The translations under genes and the position numbers were made by a program. The notes under the pieces are model-generated. The model worked only from the letters and a program-made list of their open reading frames with translations. It had not been told where the DNA came from and did no database searches. DNA of 64,000 nucleotides, taken from assembly GCA_016182875.1 (NCBI GenBank), contig JACPFQ010000004.1, positions 259,515-323,514 of the forward strand. Direction: 5' to 3'. This document shows positions 58,922 through 64,000 of the stretch, in pieces (position 1 is the stretch's first letter; every line of letters starts with the position of its first letter). This DNA comes from Candidatus Doudnabacteria bacterium (GTDB lineage Bacteria; Patescibacteriota; Doudnabacteria; UBA920; O2-02-FULL-48-8).

Positions 58922-60316
58922 ATGAATCACGTATCACGTAACACGTATCAAACAGGTCAAATCATAATCATTGCCGGCGTGTTCATGCTGATTTTGATTA
59001 TCCTCATAACCGGTTTAGTTTCTTATGCCGGCGTGCAAATCAAAGGACATAGGCAAGCGCTTTCGCGCGTGCAGGGTCTAAATATCGCCGAAGCCGCAAT
59101 TGAATTGGCTGTCTGGAAGCTTAATAATCAGCAAGGTTATACCGGCGAGACAGGCACGGCCTATGGGAATGGCACGTTTAACGTCACGATTACAAATTTA
59201 AGCGGCAATCAGAAATTGGTTAAGGTCGATTCATTCGTGCCCAACGCCGCCAACCCTCAGGCAAAACGAACAGTGCAGGTTACGGTAACGCTAGGGGCAA
59301 CCAACATTTCGTTCAACTATGGAGTACAGGTCGACTCGGGTGGAATAGAAATGGAAAACAATTCGCAGGTCACGGGCAACGTTTATTCCAACGGCAATAT
59401 TATCGGCGACAATTCCGGCGTCAGGATCGCCGGCACGGCAATCGCCGCAGGCGCCACTGGCAAAATCGATGAAATCAACGACATTGACGGCGATGCTGCC
59501 GCCCATTTTTTGGAAGATGTCTCGGTTGACGGGAGCACAAATTCAGCAAGCCTGCTTCAAGCCACGGTTGGGGGGAACGCCGTTTCCGACAGCATTTCCG
59601 ACTGCACCATTGGAGGGAATGCCACCTACGATACAAAAACAAGCTGTACCATCGGCGGCACGCAGACGACGCCCAACCCCGCCAATTTCGACGACCCGGA
59701 TGTATTGTCTCTGCCTATTTCTGATGAGCAAATCCAAGATTGGAAGGATGAGGCGGAAGCCGGCGGTGTGGTAACCAGCCAGACCATCGACGGCACGGCT
59801 TCCCTCGGGCCCAAGAAAATTAACGGCAATTTGACAATCACTAACGGGGCGACGCTGACCATGACCGGAACGATTTGGGTTACCGGCAATATCAGCATCG
59901 ATAATAACGCGACAGTCGTGCTTGATCCGAGCTACGGCAGTCTAAGCGGTGTAATTGTCAATGATGGCTGGATACACTTTGACAACAACGGCCTTATCGG
60001 CGGTTCGGGAACGGCCGGGAGCTATCTCATGTTTCTCAATACCTTGGCCTGCACCGGTTCATCGGGCTCAGGGTGTACGCACCACAGCGCGGCCGTGGAC
60101 CTGCATAACAATGTTGGAGCGGCAATTGTTTATGTCAAAAGCGGTCTCGTTCATCTTCACAACGGGGTCAACGTCAAGGAACTGACGGCGTATAAGATTC
60201 ACTTGAGCAATACCGCCAGTGTAACTTATGAGTCTGGTTTGGCCAACGCCCAATTTTCTTCGGGCCCGGGCGGGGGCTGGGAAGTCTTAGATGGAACGTG
60301 GCAGCTACTTCAATAA
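58922..60316 (+). CDS. PilX-like protein with a beta-helix-like C-terminus
   Basis: G|QIIII hydrophobic helix without Glu5, .AEA.IE.A motif. Confidence 0.75.
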   Translation: MNHVSRNTYQTGQIIIIAGVFMLILIILITGLVSYAGVQIKGHRQALSRVQGLNIAEAAIELAVWKLNNQQGYTGETGTAYGNGTFNVTITNLSGNQKLVKVDSFVPNAANPQAKRTVQVTVTLGATNISFNYGVQVDSGGIEMENNSQVTGNVYSNGNIIGDNSGVRIAGTAIAAGATGKIDEINDIDGDAAAHFLEDVSVDGSTNSASLLQATVGGNAVSDSISDCTIGGNATYDTKTSCTIGGTQTTPNPANFDDPDVLSLPISDEQIQDWKDEAEAGGVVTSQTIDGTASLGPKKINGNLTITNGATLTMTGTIWVTGNISIDNNATVVLDPSYGSLSGVIVNDGWIHFDNNGLIGGSGTAGSYLMFLNTLACTGSSGSGCTHHSAAVDLHNNVGAAIVYVKSGLVHLHNGVNVKELTAYKIHLSNTASVTYESGLANAQFSSGPGGGWEVLDGTWQLLQ

Positions 60317-60397
60317 TCCACGAAAGCACACGAATATTAAACTAATAGCCACTAACTGTTCGTGTAAATTCGTCTGATATTAGTGTTAATTAGTGGT
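60314..60397. repeat. Empty GxxExxY-type palindromic element
   Basis: The two halves match the left (22820-22862) and right (23268-23307) flanks of the GxxExxY gene. Confidence 0.88.
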
Positions 60398-60410
60398 ATA
60401 ATTAAAGCGT

Positions 60411-61429
60411 ATGTTATCGCTATTTGGAAACAAAAAAATCAAAGCATTCGGGCTGGATATTTCTGACGCTTCGATTAAGCTCATGAGCCTAAAGCCCCAT
60501 GAGCAAAGCCTCATTCCTGAGGCTTTTACCAATGTTCCCCTGCCGCCGAAAATCATCAATAATCACCTGATTGCCAGTGAACAGAGGCTGGCCGAGAGCA
60601 TCAACTACGCTTTGAGCAAAGCCGGCAAGCTCGATACCAAATACGTGGTGGCTTCTTTGCCGGAGGCAAGATCATTTGTCCGCTTGTTGAACATGGCCAA
60701 AATGTCTGACTCTGAAATTGAAGGCGCCATTCCCTGGGAGTTGGAGCAGGATATTCCAATGCCGGTCGATCAGGTTTACTTGGATTGGGAAGTGGTTTCG
60801 AAGTCGGATGACAAGCTCGCGGTTTTGGTCGCGGCCACCCAGAAAGATTACGTCGATTCATTGATTGATACTTTGAAGCTCGCCCGCCTCAAACCCGTGG
60901 CGCTTGAATTGGAATCTCAGGCAGTGGCGCGCTGTCTGATAAGAAGGCAAGATGCCGCTGAGACGGTCTTGATCCTCGACATAGCCAGCGTGCAGACGAG
61001 CTTCATTAAAGCATTGCGCGAAACCTCTCAATATCGGCCGCGGAAGCGGAAAAGCTCAAAAAAGACATAGGCCTGATTTCGGAAAACAAGCGCAACGTCA
61101 GAGAGGCGATTTTGCCGATTTTAGACAGTATAGTCGACGAAATCAAAAATGTTGTCCGGTTTCACGAAGATCACAATGTCAATCACAAGCCGATCAATAA
61201 GATTATGCTTTGCGGCGGCTCGGCGAGGCTGTTGGGCATCGCTGATTATATTTCCGCCCGCATCAACTTGGGCAGCAGCAAGCCTTTAGGAAAGGTTCAA
61301 TTGGGGGACCCGTGGACTAATTTATCAATAACGAAAATGGATAAATCCGTTCCCTTAACGCCCGAATCCGCTTTAGGCTTTGCCACGGCAATCGGGTTGG
61401 CGCTGCGAGGACTGTCAGATGCCGGTTAA
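60411..61429 (+). pseudogene. pilM: Type IV pilus assembly protein PilM, split by an internal deletion or frameshift near 61007
   Basis: FGLDISD.SIK ... ILDI....TSFI, then a frame jump to SIARNLSISAAEAEKLK...LCGGSA.L.G...FATAIGLALRG. Confidence 0.85.
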
Positions 61430-61970
61430 CCTTTTACCAAAATCGGAACAAAAAGAAATCCGCTTTGAGCTGATAAGCCGCCAGCTTGTAAATTTTTGGC
61501 TGTGGCTGGTTTTAAGCCTCGTGGTCCTGCTGATATTAAGCCTGCTGGCAGTTTTTCAGCTTAAACTTATGGCGAGGCAGGTCGATGGGGAAATCGACAA
61601 GAACCGGCAGGCCTTAAGCAGTGCGAGCAATCAGGAGCTGCAAAAACAGGTCTTGCTTTTGAACAATGAAATCGGGAAAATCAATCAACTGCGTGAGAGT
61701 CATTATCAATGGTCAGAGGCGCTAATTGAACTCGGCAGCATTATTCCGGGCGACTTAGTCGTGGACATTCTGACCCTTGACCGAATCAGCGGCAAAGTCG
61801 AGATCACGGGATTTGCCGGCGACCGGGAAAGCATCATCAAGTTTTGGTCAGCCATGCATAAGTCCCAATATTTCAAAAATATCAACTTCCCGCTGTCAAA
61901 TTTGGAGCAGGCGCGCAATGCGCATTATCAATTCACGTTTTACATTAACGAAGACAAAATTACGCCATGA
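61419..61970 (+). CDS. pilN: PilN-like protein
   Basis: VNLLP motif, TM helix, coiled coil, WS..L..L. Confidence 0.85.
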   Translation: MPVNLLPKSEQKEIRFELISRQLVNFWLWLVLSLVVLLILSLLAVFQLKLMARQVDGEIDKNRQALSSASNQELQKQVLLLNNEIGKINQLRESHYQWSEALIELGSIIPGDLVVDILTLDRISGKVEITGFAGDRESIIKFWSAMHKSQYFKNINFPLSNLEQARNAHYQFTFYINEDKITP

Positions 61971-62560
61971 CCGCATCGTCAGTCAAACTTTCATTGATTT
62001 TGGCCTCCGGACTCCTGGGCTGTCTGCTCATCTTTATTTTCCTTTTGAACCCAAGCTTAAACCAGCTTACGGCATTAAGCGGGAATCTTACGCAGAAAAA
62101 ATTGGAATTGGCAACTGTGGAGCATCAGGTTGTCGCGTATCAAAATGCCCAAGCCGATCTTTCGAAAGCGGCGCAAAAAGAGCGAATCTTCAACGCTTTC
62201 CTGGTCCGTGAGGACTTGGTTGCCGCGGTAAAGCATTTAGAAGCAGCAGCCGCAGCTACTAAAACCCAGGAATCATTGAAGATTGATGAACCGGACCAGG
62301 ACCCTAAAAATAAGCCCCAGCCTGTGGTTGACGTTAAGGGTTTGGAAGAAATCCCTTATCGGGTTTTGACCTTAAACGATTATATCGGAACCATCCAGTT
62401 TTTAAGATACCTTGAGCATCTGCCCGAGTTTACCGAGGTTTCCAAAATTACTCTTTCGGCCGAGACTGTGGATTCGGAAGTTTCCAAAACCAAGATCTAT
62501 ACCGGCAAAGTTTTTGGCTCCATAGACGGCGTATTTTTTGTTAAACAGCCAAGTCCATGA
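61967..62560 (+). CDS. PilO-like protein
   Basis: TM helix, coiled coil, Y....FL..LE.LP; operon position. Confidence 0.7.
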   Translation: MTASSVKLSLILASGLLGCLLIFIFLLNPSLNQLTALSGNLTQKKLELATVEHQVVAYQNAQADLSKAAQKERIFNAFLVREDLVAAVKHLEAAAAATKTQESLKIDEPDQDPKNKPQPVVDVKGLEEIPYRVLTLNDYIGTIQFLRYLEHLPEFTEVSKITLSAETVDSEVSKTKIYTGKVFGSIDGVFFVKQPSP

Positions 62561-62817
62561 ATAACATCAGAATCCCCAAAGTTAAAATTAATTTCATCTT
62601 GACTCTGGTCCTCGCCCTGGTTTTGCTTTGGGAGCTGTATTTGGCTTACATTCATATTTTTAAGAATTTCAATCAAGAACTTCCCGAAGTGGCGTCAAGC
62701 AATATTGTCCGCGTCAATTTGGAGAATTACCGCAAGACCATCGACTTGCTGGAAGAGCAGGAAAATTTCGCCCCGGCCCCTGTTAATTTTCTTAGGTCAA
62801 ACCCCTTCCGCCCATGA
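62557..62817 (+). CDS. Small pilus-operon membrane protein
   Basis: TM helix and terminal R.NPF motif; ATGA overlaps with its neighbours. Confidence 0.65.
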   Translation: MNNIRIPKVKINFILTLVLALVLLWELYLAYIHIFKNFNQELPEVASSNIVRVNLENYRKTIDLLEEQENFAPAPVNFLRSNPFRP

Positions 62818-64000
62818 ATGATTCCAAAAGGCTCGCTTCCTTGCTGCAGGCTTATCAGAATTGGGCGATTGTCGGCGGTCAGTGGGGGGATGAAGCCAAA
62901 GGCAAAATCACCGACCTTCTGGCTCCTTTTTTTGACTATGTCGACCGCTATTCCGGCGGCTCGAACGCCGGCCACACGACTTATGTTCCGGCCGGCAAAA
63001 TCGTGGGCCACCTTATCCCAAGCGGGTTGGCTCAGGGCAAGACCTGTATAATCTCGCGCGGGGTATTTTTTGATTTATCGGCTTTTCTCACTGAGCTTTC
63101 GGAGGCAGGGAAAGTTTTAGGCAAGCTGCCGCCGATCTTTATTGATGAGGGCTGTACAGTAAGAACCCCCTGGCATAATTATCTGGAGCTTTGGTCTGAG
63201 AGGGCCAGAGGAAGCAAGTGGGCCAACACCACCAATCGGGGGATAGGCCCCATGGCCAGCATCAGAGCCGCACGCCTGGACATCAAGCTGGCCGACTTGT
63301 ATGGCGGCAAGGAAGCGCTTCTGGAAAAACTTGAACTTCTGCGCCGCATCTACTTGCCCATTTTTGAGAACATGAAGACTGCCGGCATCATTTCACGCAT
63401 AGAAACTGCTGAGGAGGTGGGCTTAGGTCTTGCTTCCGAAGCGGCACAGATAAAAGATTACGTCCTGGATACGCGCCGACTGTTGCTTGATGGCATGCGC
63501 AAGGGCCAGCGAATTCTTTTTGAAGGAGCGCAGGCCGCCCTGCTTGACGCCACTTGGGGGACTTGGCCATACACTTCCTCCGGGGATGCCATTGCCGGAG
63601 GAGTATTTACCGAAACCGGCCTGCCGCCTTCTCCGTTAGGGGTCGCGATGGTTGTGAAGATCTTGCCCACGCGCGTGGGCGAAGGGCCCATGCCTTCGGA
63701 AATTTGGAATCGCGCCGAGGCTGAGCAGTATGCCAAAGATCACGAAGAGCTGTTCAAAGCGGGCTGGGAACGTTCGGAGTTTTTATCAGCCCTGCTTTCC
63801 AAAATTAATTCAAAGCAAACCAGCCCGGCGGAAATCTCCCAATACTTTCAAGTCTTAGGCGATGAGCGGGGTTCGACCACGGGGCGCGGCAGAAGTGTGG
63901 GCTTCATCGATGTTCCAATCATTCAGTATGCGGCTGAAATAAACGGCCCGCAATTTCTAGCTCTTACCAAGCTTGATACCCTCTCCGGCCTTCGCTCGAT
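62814..64000 (+). CDS. purA: Adenylosuccinate synthetase, truncated by the window end
   Basis: GGQWGDEAKGKITD, RYSGGSNAGHT, FEGAQ..LLD...GTWPYTSS, RVGEGPMP, GSTTGR.R. Confidence 0.92.
   Translation, partial: MNDSKRLASLLQAYQNWAIVGGQWGDEAKGKITDLLAPFFDYVDRYSGGSNAGHTTYVPAGKIVGHLIPSGLAQGKTCIISRGVFFDLSAFLTELSEAGKVLGKLPPIFIDEGCTVRTPWHNYLELWSERARGSKWANTTNRGIGPMASIRAARLDIKLADLYGGKEALLEKLELLRRIYLPIFENMKTAGIISRIETAEEVGLGLASEAAQIKDYVLDTRRLLLDGMRKGQRILFEGAQAALLDATWGTWPYTSSGDAIAGGVFTETGLPPSPLGVAMVVKILPTRVGEGPMPSEIWNRAEAEQYAKDHEELFKAGWERSEFLSALLSKINSKQTSPAEISQYFQVLGDERGSTTGRGRSVGFIDVPIIQYAAEINGPQFLALTKLDTLSGLRS

Overview
This window is bacterial chromosome using genetic code 11 (TGA is used as a stop). The gene content suggests a Patescibacteria/CPR, Parcubacteria-type genome; that assignment is an inference. 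Housekeeping and lifestyle genes: a B12 salvage and use cluster (cobalamin riboswitch, nrdR with NrdR boxes, class II RNR nrdJ, corrinoid adenosyltransferase, DUF4430 and an S-component-like transporter), hisS, a two-gene comEC, cyclophilin, ndk, mutM, groES/groEL, rpmF, nusB, HU, tRNA-Pro, tRNA-Gly, several giant surface proteins, two toxin-antitoxin pairs, a type IV pilus operon (pilM broken) and the start of purA. The most unusual parts are non-coding. (1) A ~6 kb array between groEL and rpmF (23340-29320) holds short, GC-rich, co-oriented orphan ORFs interleaved with up to 8 copies of a palindromic repeat, TTCCACnATTCTGGG...CCCAGAATnGTGGA. This is integron-cassette-like, but the repeat lacks the attC consensus and there is no integrase in the window. 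The array also carries a second TAATAC-N6-GTATT palindrome and a type III hammerhead ribozyme. (2) Several palindrome families occur both empty and filled with a small gene (GxxExxY, DUF559); a four-helix-bundle gene has similar inverted arms. (3) An intact tRNA-Pro is nested inside a second tRNA-Pro-like gene riddled with insertions. All product calls come from motif recognition by eye; no searches were run.
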